From NCBI GenBank assembly GCA_027036775.1, contig JALWDS010000044.1:6260-70259 (forward strand): DNA of 64,000 nt. The letters are read 5' to 3'. Source of the stretch: Archaeoglobaceae archaeon. GTDB lineage: Archaea > Halobacteriota > Archaeoglobi > Archaeoglobales > Archaeoglobaceae. Shown here in pieces: positions 1 through 8,639 of the stretch. The notes under the pieces are model-generated. The model was not told the origin of the DNA and ran no database searches. It was given only the letters and a program-made list of their open reading frames with translations. The position numbers and the translations under genes were made by a program. Numbering within the stretch: the first letter of the stretch is position 1; every line of letters starts with the position of its first letter.

Positions 1-507
1 GAATCCCTTCTCACCTTGCAAGATGCATCTTAGCTTCCTGTAAGTTGCGTATCTCCTCAAAGCTTCAAGCATGCTCGTAGTGTAGATGTTCTGCCCCGTT
101 GAGATGTCCGCATAGATTTCATCAATTCCAAGTTTTACAAGCTCCTTGAAGATGTACACAATCGTATTTTCCACAGAACCTTCAAATCGAACGGTGTATT
201 TCCTAGAGTAAACTCCAACCGATGGAATAATCAAAACTTCTGCATCTACGTCTAAAAGCTCAAGAATTCTATCCTTAAACTTCTCCCTATTTTTCAGCAA
301 TTCAACTGCCTCATCAATATCGTTTTCAATCTCAGTAATCAGGCTATCTGGAGCTAATAGAACAACTTTCGCATCTTTACGATCTTTCAACCATTTGTAA
401 ATTGCGAAAGCTGACAACTTCTCAAAGTATTCCTTCTCATCGATAACGAATCTAAGTTTCTTGTAAAATCTTGGAATTCCCAACACCTGAAGGATCGCAG
501 TAGTCAT
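1..507 (-). CDS. csx1: CRISPR-associated CARF-domain protein, Csx1/TM1812 (DxTHG-like) family; partial, runs off the window start
   Basis: Manual translation from ATG at 507: MTTAILQVLGIPRFYKKLRF...VVLLAPDSL...IYADISTGQNIYTTSMLEAL. Has the D-x-S/T-x-G-x-N CARF motif and lies directly downstream of cas6. Confidence 0.75.
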   Translation of the reverse strand, partial: MTTAILQVLGIPRFYKKLRFVIDEKEYFEKLSAFAIYKWLKDRKDAKVVLLAPDSLITEIENDIDEAVELLKNREKFKDRILELLDVDAEVLIIPSVGVYSRKYTVRFEGSVENTIVYIFKELVKLGIDEIYADISTGQNIYTTSMLEALRRYATYRKLRCILQGEKGF

Positions 508-513
508 AACCCA

Positions 514-1287
514 TCATTCAATCCTAACGTATTTTATCTTTCCCAAACCCGATGTTCTCCCACCGCCGACATTTGAATACTCTCCAAAGCTGAGAAGTCT
601 TGACGTAATCCTCGCAAATTCCTTATTATACGTATCGTCTGGAAGCGAAAAGCTGACTTCTCCAACGAAACCAACCGACCATAACCCTTTCTTCAGCAAA
701 ACTTTCTCCGTTCTGATGTTGCAATCAGATACCGCAATACCCCATTTGTCGAGCCATTCCCTATACTCTTTCGGCAAACTTGAAACGTATGCTTCGTAAA
801 GCCTTGCCAAACTTCTGAATAGAAGTTGCGGGAGGGGTAGTGAAACGAACCTGTAATCCAAATTTGGAACTCTAAAATAGCACGGCGTTAGAAACTTTAT
901 TCTGAATTTTCTAATTTCTTCATCTTTAAAATCGTCAACGTATCTGACCTTTATCCTATCCAATTCGTTGAGCATGCCAAGAAAGGGGATTCGATCGATA
1001 CTTACTAAATATTCTTTTAGAGCCTCTCCAACCTCCTCAACGAACACCGAAATCGTAAAGGAGTATTTTTCTCCTTCTACAAGCTTTTCAATAGAGTAGT
1101 TATTGCTCTTGAATACTGGAGAGGTTGCAAAAGGTGAAAGCCCCTTACTGGTATGCAATTCTTCGGCTAAAATCCTATTTATCTTTCTTAAAGTCCAGTA
1201 TAAAAATCCCCTAACGTAAGCCCCGGAATACATCCAGAAGTACCTCGATTCCGATGCTATGAAATCAATGGTGAAGTGGACTATCAT
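514..1287 (-). CDS. cas6: CRISPR pre-crRNA processing endoribonuclease Cas6
   Basis: RAMP-type features (ELH...SPFATSP, FLTPCYFR) and C-terminal Gly-rich loop GEYSNVGGGRTSGLG. Confidence 0.93.
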   Translation of the reverse strand: MIVHFTIDFIASESRYFWMYSGAYVRGFLYWTLRKINRILAEELHTSKGLSPFATSPVFKSNNYSIEKLVEGEKYSFTISVFVEEVGEALKEYLVSIDRIPFLGMLNELDRIKVRYVDDFKDEEIRKFRIKFLTPCYFRVPNLDYRFVSLPLPQLLFRSLARLYEAYVSSLPKEYREWLDKWGIAVSDCNIRTEKVLLKKGLWSVGFVGEVSFSLPDDTYNKEFARITSRLLSFGEYSNVGGGRTSGLGKIKYVRIE

Positions 1288-1481
1288 TTCAACCGTAAAT
1301 AATCAAAACTTAAAAAATTCACTATGGTGGTTTCGAAAAATTATCAATTAAAGTATAGCTTCTCTTTTAACTACATAGAATAATATAATATATAGAATAA
1401 TATTTAGTTATACATATTTATTTTTTATTAACTATCAATTATCTCTTTAGCCAAAGCATATCTATCCAATCTTTTAGCATC

Positions 1482-1504
1482 TGATTAACTACGATAGTTA
1501 ATCA
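1482..1504. repeat. 23-bp palindromic repeat, copy 1
   Basis: TGATTAACTACGATAGTTAATCA. Confidence 0.9.
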
Positions 1505-1518
1505 AAAGGTTGAAATAG

Positions 1519-1541
1519 TGACTAACCGTAATGGTTAATCA
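1519..1541. repeat. 23-bp palindromic repeat, copy 2
   Basis: TGACTAACCGTAATGGTTAATCA; its last A is the A of the ATG of ORF 1541..1837. Confidence 0.9.
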
Positions 1542-1837
1542 TGGCTTTGGTAAACTGGCTCAAGGTTTTGAGAGCTTTACAGATGGCTGAAGAAATCAAG
1601 AGAAATCTCGACTACTGTACTAATCTTATACAGAGAAACGCATGCAACTGTAAACACGGTGAACTCTGTCAAAGAGCCTTAGCAATTGCCACAGGTTTAT
1701 CAGATAATGCCATCAAGAACATGTTGCTTAGACTCGAATTGTATAGAGAAGAGTTAGGAGACTGGTTCCCGTTCGAGATCAGAAAAATTGATGCCGGGAT
1801 GAACCAACCGAGAAAGTTCATAAGGCTAAGATCCTGA
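1541..1837 (+). CDS. Small hypothetical protein, probable winged-helix DNA-binding protein
   Basis: 98 aa; QRALAIATGLSDNAIKNMLLRLE resembles an HTH, followed by a basic wing-like segment (PRKFIRL); also has a Cys cluster. Confidence 0.55.
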   Translation: MALVNWLKVLRALQMAEEIKRNLDYCTNLIQRNACNCKHGELCQRALAIATGLSDNAIKNMLLRLELYREELGDWFPFEIRKIDAGMNQPRKFIRLRS

Positions 1838-1857
1838 TTAACCACTGTGGTTAATCA
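1835..1857. repeat. 23-bp palindromic repeat, copy 3
   Basis: TGATTAACCACTGTGGTTAATCA (perfect palindrome around the central base); its first TGA is the stop codon of ORF 1541..1837. Confidence 0.92.
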
Positions 1858-1955
1858 GATGTATAATAATTAAATCAACTGTTGAGCTAAGCCAAAGATT
1901 ATAACAACGACACTACCAACCACAAAGCATAGTAATTATATCGAGGTGGGAGGTA

Positions 1956-2539
1956 ATGTACTTTGATCCGAGGCCGAAGAGAAAGAGGGAAGGTTTATAC
2001 GATAGAGATAAAGAGCTTGAAAAGTGTTGGAAATATTCGATTACTTCAAGAGTAAGGATTTTCTCGTAAAGGGATTCGAGCAAGTTGGATTGGACGTTGA
2101 AAAAGATGTTACAAATTATGCTTGCGAGAAGCTCGACGGAATCGTCGGCTGGCTCGTTCACTTCGGCTTGAAATGCTTGGAGAAGAAGACTTCTAAGGAC
2201 GTGGTTGAGGAAGTTTTAGGTGAAGCCAGCAAAATTTCGTTCGAAGAGCTCAACAAGTTTTTAGAAAAGCACAGACCAGCAGAAAAAAGAATTTTTGAGA
2301 TCGCAAAAGCCATCGCAACGGGCAAGAAAACTTGGAGTGAGATTAAGAGACACTTGGAATCGGTGGATCAAAGATCTATTCCCGACGCTTCCTTAAACAG
2401 AGCTATCAAAACTCTAATTAAAGCCTCCTTCGTGGAGAAAATCGTCGATGGTAGAAATGTTTACTATCAGCTTACCGATCCAGTTCTAAAAATTCAATTA
2501 ATCGTTACGGTTAATCAAACTTCAAAATTTATCGAATAG
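1956..2539 (+). pseudogene. Archaeal AAA-type ATPase (ATPase plus C-terminal wHTH) with internal deletion of the P-loop domain
   Basis: ATG 1956 gives the typical N-terminus MYFDPRPKRKREGLYDRDKELEK. A different frame then gives the C-terminal half (FDYFKSKDFLVKGF...LDGIVGWLVHFG...YYQLTDPVL). No Walker A or B between them. Confidence 0.75.
2495..2517. repeat. 23-bp palindromic repeat, copy 4 (degenerate left arm)
   Basis: CAATTAATCGTTACGGTTAATCA. Confidence 0.7.
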
Positions 2540-2592
2540 AGAAAAACATCGAGAGAAAAGTGATAACAGCTCATCTAAAGCGGGTGAGAACC

Positions 2593-3142
2593 ATGCTGAT
2601 CGGGATAGGGGGAGCGACGCTCTCGGGAAAGACAACTATAACTCTTAAACTCTGCGAAGAGCTATTGAAGAGAGGTTTTAGGGTAGGGATAGTCCTGGAA
2701 TTTGCGGAGACCGTAGCGAAAGAAATGGGATACAGTAAAATCGAAGAAGTCAGAAGAAATCCTAAAAAATACTCCCAATTCGAGCTTGAAATTCTTTTTA
2801 GGAAGGTAACGCTCGAAGAACGATTAAAAGAGCGATTTGACTTCGTGATAAGCGACACCACTCCAGCAGAAGTTATCCTTATACTCTAAACTCTACTTAC
2901 CTTACGAATTATTAGAAATCGTGGAAGGTATAACTAGGAAATACCTTAACAGATATGACGTGGTTTTCTTACTCGAACCTCTAAACGTTCAATCTAACAA
3001 CGGATTCAGATCAAAACAAGACATAGCGAGCAGAAAAAAGCACTATGCAATTCTAAAAAACATTTACCCCCAATACGTAGAAATTCCAACGGCACCGATA
3101 GACGAAAGACTGAAACTAATTCTAAACAAACTACTATCATAA
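2593..3142 (+). pseudogene. P-loop nucleotide-kinase-like protein (AAA_28/NadR-Ttd14-like), frameshifted
   Basis: GGGTGA RBS, ATG 2593, Walker A GATLSGKTT, VISDT. One frameshift near 2878 joins EVI to LYSKLYLPYELLEIVEG...YDVVFLLEP. Confidence 0.7.
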
Positions 3143-3143
3143 G

Positions 3144-3166
3144 TGAGTAACCACTACGGTTATTCA
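3144..3166. repeat. 23-bp palindromic repeat, copy 5
   Basis: TGAGTAACCACTACGGTTATTCA, 1 bp after the stop codon at 3142. Confidence 0.85.
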
Positions 3167-3187
3167 ATTGCGGGTAGATCGTAACGT

Positions 3188-3234
3188 TGTCATATTATGA
3201 CACCTCCCATAACGGTAATTGTCAAGTCCTGACA
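3188..3234. promoter_or_regulatory. Pair of TGTCA-N5-TGACA inverted-repeat boxes
   Basis: TGTCATATTATGACA (3188-3202) and TGTCAAGTCCTGACA (3220-3234), 32-bp period. Confidence 0.5.
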
Positions 3235-3248
3235 TCTACTATCGCGAG

Positions 3249-3271
3249 TGATTAACCACAGCGGTAAATCA
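3249..3271. repeat. 23-bp palindromic repeat, copy 6
   Basis: TGATTAACCACAGCGGTAAATCA. Confidence 0.85.
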
Positions 3272-3316
3272 ACCTCTGGTCCATAGCGTTTAATCAATCA
3301 AGGATGGTAATCTACT

Positions 3317-3530
3317 TCAAGTTTCCAGCCTTTTCTTTTTCAATTCGATGATTTCATCAAGCTTAAGTTTCCTAAGCTCTTTTTCAAGCTCTGGAGTTCT
3401 TAGCTCCTCAACTTTCAACCTAGGATCCAACACTTTCCTCTCAAGTTCTTTAATCCTTTCTCATTATCTCTCAAGAAAATACCTCTCAAAGCCTTTAGAG
3501 CGTTCCAGTAATCGTATTAACGTGGTAGAA
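3317..3530 (-). pseudogene. Degraded coiled-coil protein remnant
   Basis: Minus strand reads ERIKELERKVLDPRLKVEELRTPELEKELRKLKLDEIIELKKKRLET*, preceded by in-frame stops; boundaries approximate. Confidence 0.35.
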
Positions 3531-3661
3531 TTTGGTGATTTTTTTTCTTCTTTCTTTTATCTGAGTGTGTTTAAGTACTACTTTTTAGGTTTAGTACATA
3601 TGGTATCTATCTCACATAGTTGGATAATTACAGGTGTAAGCGTATGTGAAAGGGGTGAAAG

Positions 3662-3811
3662 TTAAGCTTTTCTAATGACAATTTCGCCATTTTTCTCGTA
3701 GTAAACTAAGAGATCACCCTCTTTTAGTCCGAGCTTTTCGACTACTGCTCTTATGATCGTTGTTTTGAAGCCTTTGCTAACTTTAGATGTTCCCAATAAC
3801 TTTTCACCCAT
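3662..3811 (-). CDS. AbrB/MazE/SpoVT-family DNA-binding protein (49 aa, not in ORF track)
   Basis: Manual translation MGEKLLGTSKVSKGFKTTIIRAVVEKLGLKEGDLLVYYEKNGEIVIRKA; classic swapped-hairpin pattern. Confidence 0.8.
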   Translation of the reverse strand: MGEKLLGTSKVSKGFKTTIIRAVVEKLGLKEGDLLVYYEKNGEIVIRKA

Positions 3812-3891
3812 GAGTTACGATTGACCGAAAAGTACTTATAGTTACTGGTTCTAAAAGTTACTAAAGTACTAAAAGTTCGAGAGGTGGCAAA

Positions 3892-4101
3892 ATGTTTAGA
3901 ATCCCTCGAGTCCTCACGAGCATTGAAACAATGAGAGAAATCTGCGAGGAGTTGAAGTATGGTAGTAAAAGTGCTAGAGAGCTGGCTGAAAAATTAGACA
4001 AGTCGGAAAATACGGTAAAGCAGTATTTGAACTCTATGAAGAGGTTTAAACTCGTAAGGTTCAACTCTAAAAGAAGGATACTTCTACGCAATTGGCGGTA
4101 A
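3892..4101 (+). CDS. Winged helix-turn-helix protein
   Basis: GAGGTG RBS; KSARELAEKLDKSENTVKQYLNSMKRFKLV HTH pattern. Confidence 0.75.
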   Translation: MFRIPRVLTSIETMREICEELKYGSKSARELAEKLDKSENTVKQYLNSMKRFKLVRFNSKRRILLRNWR

Positions 4102-4226
4102 GTCTGTAAAAGTACCACAATCTCTCTTAGACTGGCTTAAGAGTAACGCAGAAATAAAGGAGTGCAAATCAGAGCCAACTTATTACGGAACTTGTAGCTG
4201 AGAGTTTTAATTTTTTATTTTTTATT

Positions 4227-6038
4227 TTAATAGATAATTCTAAGAATAATTGTAAGCACAAAACCAATTAAACAAAGCCATAGCAAGTTGACGAATGGTA
4301 TATATCTCAACAATATCATTGTAGGTTTGTTTTTGAAACAGCTAATGTTCTTCTCAAGCACTTTAGAGTAGTTTAGAGAAAATTGCGTAGCTAAGTGCTT
4401 AGCAATCGTAGGAGAGTATTTGTTAACAACTTTTATGCTCCAAACTATTAAGTCGAGCTGTTCTAACTCGTTAGATGGTATGACGAGATAGTACTGACCT
4501 AACAAATCGTTAACGATTACGGGATCCGTGTATATAGCTTCACTTGGCCGTTTTAGGGCTTTAATAACGTATAAATAGGTCGTAAACTTCACTTTAAGCC
4601 CGTCACAAGTTGTATATGTTTCTTTAGCTATCACATTGGGTATCTTTAGCCCATGAACATTCAAGTACTCGATAGGCTTTTCGTAATAGCGATGTGATTG
4701 GCAGATTTTATATTCCCACGATTCGTAAAACGCAAAGGGCCATGCCACGAAAAACGAAACTATAATCAGTCCAACTAATACGTGCATGACTAGCAAAACG
4801 TTATCTTTGATTATTACCTTCCTTCCGGATAACAATTTGAGAATAGTGTATACAACTGGGGGTACGATACCTAAAATCAAAGCGCTCGTAAGATTTGGTG
4901 CGGATTCTCTCGTAATATCTACTAACCATCCGAAGATAAAAGAGACAGCTGTAATAAATAGGACGACAGTTATAGACTTCTTTGAAGATTTTACATTCTC
5001 ATTAGGCGTTACTACTAAAATTATAGTTAGTATGACGAATGTAACAACCATGTATGCTAAAGGAGATATGGTTCTCCCGAAACTGGCTGTAAAGATAATA
5101 GCTATTGCATAAAGTATCGCAAGCATTAGTAATAGTTTTCCTCCGAATTTTACCCCCCGCTCGTCGTATAACTTTAGTAATTCGAGAACTTTACTTCTGT
5201 AATTTCTATATATATAATACGCAAAAATAAGAACGATAATTATGAAAACATAACTGGCTGGACTGATTTTCAAAAGACCATACCAATGAAGAGTCGAGAC
5301 GCCTATTCTAGTGAAGCAAGCGGAGAACCCGACGAAAAAACCTAACAGAGACAACACAGACTTATCTCGCACATGCCAATAGGACGTAAAAACCAGCCAC
5401 GGTATCAAAAGTGAAACCTCGACGGGATCCCAACCCCAAAAACCGCCCCATCCTAATGTAAAATACGCCCAAACTGCACCCATTACATTGGCAAGAGATA
5501 AGAAAAGGTATGCTAATCTTAATATCCTTAAACCTATGTTGTATCTTTGAGTAGCTAACAAAGCTACATAAAGACAAAAAGCGTAGGATAAAAATGTAAA
5601 GAAAGGATGTAATATTGCGTAGATGTTTCTAAATGTATGATCTAAGGATAGTCCATCTCCTAATATAGTTCTATTTAGGTAGTACGCTCCTTCCAAAAAC
5701 GCTGATAAAACGAGTAGTACACAGGTGATAACAAATACTCTATTTGTTTTTTTAGTGAATAAAGCCAACAAAGCGTAAACTAGGTAGCACCAAACCAAAA
5801 AACCGCTTGAAGTGCTCCACGAAGCTACAAATTTTAACGATATAGGTAGTTCTTTAGAAGAAGTTAAGAAAACATTGAGCAACGTAAAATCGTTAATCAA
5901 AAACGATAACACATATAGCACGGCACTTACGATTGCTAAGATGTATCCCGCATACGCTAAACGATTTTCGAGCATTGATAATGATAACAGTAATACAGAA
6001 ACAATAGCAATCCAGCCAGTGTAGTGAATTTCGAGCAT
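4227..6038 (-). CDS. ccmF: Cytochrome c biogenesis heme lyase CcmF-like membrane protein
   Basis: WWD motif WAYFTLGWGGFWGWDPVE; His residues at ILHP, YWH, TLHW and VMHV; many TM segments; C-terminal YIPFVNLLW. Confidence 0.85.
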   Translation of the reverse strand: MLEIHYTGWIAIVSVLLLSLSMLENRLAYAGYILAIVSAVLYVLSFLINDFTLLNVFLTSSKELPISLKFVASWSTSSGFLVWCYLVYALLALFTKKTNRVFVITCVLLVLSAFLEGAYYLNRTILGDGLSLDHTFRNIYAILHPFFTFLSYAFCLYVALLATQRYNIGLRILRLAYLFLSLANVMGAVWAYFTLGWGGFWGWDPVEVSLLIPWLVFTSYWHVRDKSVLSLLGFFVGFSACFTRIGVSTLHWYGLLKISPASYVFIIIVLIFAYYIYRNYRSKVLELLKLYDERGVKFGGKLLLMLAILYAIAIIFTASFGRTISPLAYMVVTFVILTIILVVTPNENVKSSKKSITVVLFITAVSFIFGWLVDITRESAPNLTSALILGIVPPVVYTILKLLSGRKVIIKDNVLLVMHVLVGLIIVSFFVAWPFAFYESWEYKICQSHRYYEKPIEYLNVHGLKIPNVIAKETYTTCDGLKVKFTTYLYVIKALKRPSEAIYTDPVIVNDLLGQYYLVIPSNELEQLDLIVWSIKVVNKYSPTIAKHLATQFSLNYSKVLEKNISCFKNKPTMILLRYIPFVNLLWLCLIGFVLTIILRIIY

Positions 6039-6097
6039 GGGTAGGCTAAACGCGCGTAACTTTAAAAAGCTGGCGCTTTAAATTGTCATCATGGTAA

Positions 6098-6203
6098 TTA
6101 CGAATAAAAATTGACAATGTTTTCTAAACTCAATTTAAATAAATCTTTCCACCCCGAAAACCAAACGAGGTGAGAAAAAATGAACGAAATGCGGATAAGA
6201 ATC
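6098..6203 (+). repeat. Shared upstream/leader element, copy A
   Basis: TTACGAATAAAAATTGACAATGTTTTCTAAAC...CACCCCGAAAACCAAACGAGGTGAGAA; related to 9985-10060 and 10400-10455. Confidence 0.8.
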
Positions 6204-6668
6204 CTAAGTAAATATAAAGGAGCACTATTTGTAATTTTGGTATTAACATACGCGTTAATTATGCTTATCCTAACAAAAAATTATCAATGCGTTGAGGGTA
6301 GAGCTGAAATTCTCGAACATTGTGTTAACTCGGGAAAAATACCTAAAGAAGTCTACGAATACGCTCTACTATTCCAACAAAAACACCCTAAAGCAGAATT
6401 TAAATTTTGTGAAAAGGGGAGATCGTGTATAATCTACATAATTCAAAAAAACAAAGAGGATCCATTACTATACACTCGATTCAATAAATCGAAAAATACA
6501 ATAATTATATTTTATGATAATAAATACACTAACAACTACATCATTTTAAATGCAAGCAAACCTAACGCAGTTCTAGTAACTATGAAAACAAATAACGGTT
6601 TTAAAACTTATAGCTTAAATGTAAGTTCCTCTGACCTAGATATTATTCTAAGTAGAATTAAAAAATAA
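6180..6668 (+). CDS. Membrane-anchored hypothetical protein
   Basis: 162 aa; GAGGTGA RBS; N-terminal hydrophobic helix; similar to the N-terminal part of 7054..8238. Confidence 0.6.
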   Translation: MNEMRIRILSKYKGALFVILVLTYALIMLILTKNYQCVEGRAEILEHCVNSGKIPKEVYEYALLFQQKHPKAEFKFCEKGRSCIIYIIQKNKEDPLLYTRFNKSKNTIIIFYDNKYTNNYIILNASKPNAVLVTMKTNNGFKTYSLNVSSSDLDIILSRIKK

Positions 6669-7053
6669 TTAATAATTATTTTTAATAAATTAGATTTTTA
6701 ATTTTGTTTAATGTTTTTTGATCATTCATTATATCTAATATGGTATAAACGAGATAACAACATAATATTCCATTATAAGTTTTGAAAAATGATTATCGCT
6801 GTATCCCGTTTATATCTCCATAATAAATCACATAGTCATTTTGTTGTCGATAGTAACTTTCAGCAACTTGTTCTGCCAACCTAAATAAAGCGCAACTACT
6901 CCATGTGCCCACCTACCATAAAGCATTCGAGTTCTATGTAGATGACTACCACGGAATAGGTACTCCAATAGCTACGTGCAATCTACCATAATCTCTATTT
7001 ATTTATAATTTTTTAATTTTATATTTTTAAATTATAATAAAAATATATAATAG

Positions 7054-8238
7054 TTAACGGACGGTGTAGAATACAGCTTTTGAATTGCTTGGCATTGGGA
7101 TTGAGTGCCAATCTGGATCGGGAACTACGTCAAATAATGCATATTTAACAGTTTTTCCGTCTAATTTGATGATGACCCCTGGAATCTCCATGAAAATACT
7201 TTTAAGATTATCTACAGTGAAGGCCCTCTCATTTAAAGCTACTAAATAGGGATTCATAGCAACGAGTCCTCTTAGATTTGGAAACACGTCTTGGATAGGT
7301 GTATATTCAAACATTTTAGCATCAAATCCTAAATTCTTTAATACGAGAACTTCCGCCAATGCGTAGAGTTCATAGTACTTACGATAAGACAATGGACCTT
7401 CCTCTCCACCGCTAAGCAGTAATCCTTCTAGAATCCCCCCAACATTTACTTTGATCTTCTCTACCTTGGATCCTTTAAAAGCAAATGTAGTCAATTCGTA
7501 AGTTTTAAACCAATTTTCGTTTTCGCTAATCCACCAACCGTTATTAGTTAACACAGTTCTAAAGAATTCATGAAGGATTAAAAACTCCCCCTCTTTTCCC
7601 AATCCGTAATCCTTAGCAATTTTCCTAACTTGCTCTGCAATTTCTTTCGAGATTTTCTTATCTTCAGAGTTTAAAGTTACCGTCGCCCACTTAACTTCAT
7701 AAGACGATTTACTGGCTTTTACAGATACTACCCTTTGTGGACGCAAGATCACTGATACATTTTCAAGAAGAATTGGTCTCGTCTGTAAGAACAGAGCCTG
7801 AGGTTTTTCCACCCTCTTTGGCAAATCTACAGTTATTGTAATGTAATCTCTCGCTTTGTAAGGTTCGTAGAAGAACACAACTGTCTCTAAAACATCTCCC
7901 TTATCCTTAATGTAAACACCTCTCCAAACTTCCCAAAAATTATTCCCTTCGTAAGCGTAGAGTTTAGTTCTATCCCCTTCTTTAACGAGTTCAAAAGTCA
8001 CATCTGGGTGCAGTTCCGAGTAAAATTTTGCAAAATTTAGAACGCATTCTGGTAAATTTTTACTATACGTTTCTATATCTTCTAAGGAACCTTTTGCAAT
8101 AACCACTTTTGTTGCTGAACATGATAGCAAACTGAAATCATAAATAAAGAGTGCTAACAACAGTATTCCCCCTACTATGTAGAACGACCATAACTTTTTA
8201 TCTCCCGTTACATTTCCTTTCTTCTTTTTCATAATCAA
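7054..8238 (-). CDS. Membrane-anchored/exported hypothetical protein
   Basis: 394-aa ORF; basic N-terminus plus TM helix; actual start may be the second Met. Confidence 0.65.
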   Translation of the reverse strand: MIMKKKKGNVTGDKKLWSFYIVGGILLLALFIYDFSLLSCSATKVVIAKGSLEDIETYSKNLPECVLNFAKFYSELHPDVTFELVKEGDRTKLYAYEGNNFWEVWRGVYIKDKGDVLETVVFFYEPYKARDYITITVDLPKRVEKPQALFLQTRPILLENVSVILRPQRVVSVKASKSSYEVKWATVTLNSEDKKISKEIAEQVRKIAKDYGLGKEGEFLILHEFFRTVLTNNGWWISENENWFKTYELTTFAFKGSKVEKIKVNVGGILEGLLLSGGEEGPLSYRKYYELYALAEVLVLKNLGFDAKMFEYTPIQDVFPNLRGLVAMNPYLVALNERAFTVDNLKSIFMEIPGVIIKLDGKTVKYALFDVVPDPDWHSIPMPSNSKAVFYTVR

Positions 8239-8349
8239 AGATTACTATTAAACTATTAATAAAGTTTACTATTGATCTATATAGAAACATAACTATATTA
8301 TATATGCGTAGAGTTATAAACAATCTTTTTTAGTTCGACAACACCAAAA

Positions 8350-8485
8350 TGGATTAGAGAAGATCTCACTGACCTCCTCCCCGCCCTAAAGGGCGAGAGT
8401 TCCCCACAGGGGAATCGGCTCACATCCGTCTCACGACTGCATTGCTTTCGGTTGGTGTCATTGGGCCGGGTCAGAGCGACCCTCT
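8350..8485 (-). ncRNA. Candidate stand-alone TnpB omega-RNA (scaffold plus flanking guide)
   Basis: BRE/TATA-like GAAATGTTTTTATT at ~8522-8509 (minus strand), then a structured GC-rich ~115 nt ending at GGAGGTCA, followed by putative guide GTGAGATCTTCTCTAATCC. Confidence 0.55.
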
Positions 8486-8580
8486 AAGGAGGTGTTAAGA
8501 TGGGGGAGAATAAAAACATTTCGGAAAGAGCGGGCTTTCCTTCCCGCCTTGAAAGGCGAGTCTTCCAGCCCGCAAACTCG
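8370..8580 (-). mobile_element. Non-autonomous IS200/IS605-family derivative (211 bp) retaining both hairpin ends and an omega-RNA-like region
   Basis: Minus strand: TCAC|CGAGTTTGCGGGC...CTCGCCTTTCAAGGCGGGAAG...GCCCGC (left end) and GGAACTCTCGCCCTTTAGGGCGGGGAGGAGGTCA (typical tnpB right end). GC-rich within AT-rich DNA; no ORF. Confidence 0.8.
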
Positions 8581-8639
8581 GTGATGAGAAAAAACACTAA
8601 AGAAGCTAAGCATATACTGAGCTTAATTCTTATGGGTAT

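Noticed and set aside
1288..1480. AT-rich tract upstream of cas6 with ATAGAATAATAT x2 as a possible CRISPR leader or array
   Set aside because: No regularly spaced 24-40 bp repeats with unique spacers; low-complexity sequence.
1541..1837. CNCKH as a heme-binding motif for the nearby CcmF
   Set aside because: Spacing is CxCxH rather than CxxCH, and there is no export signal.
3348..3665. Ser/Phe-rich 105-aa ORF on the + strand
   Set aside because: Shadow of a K/E-rich remnant on the minus strand.
6669..7053. Possible small gene between the two convergent membrane-protein genes
   Set aside because: Only short frames interrupted by stops; no recognisable motif.
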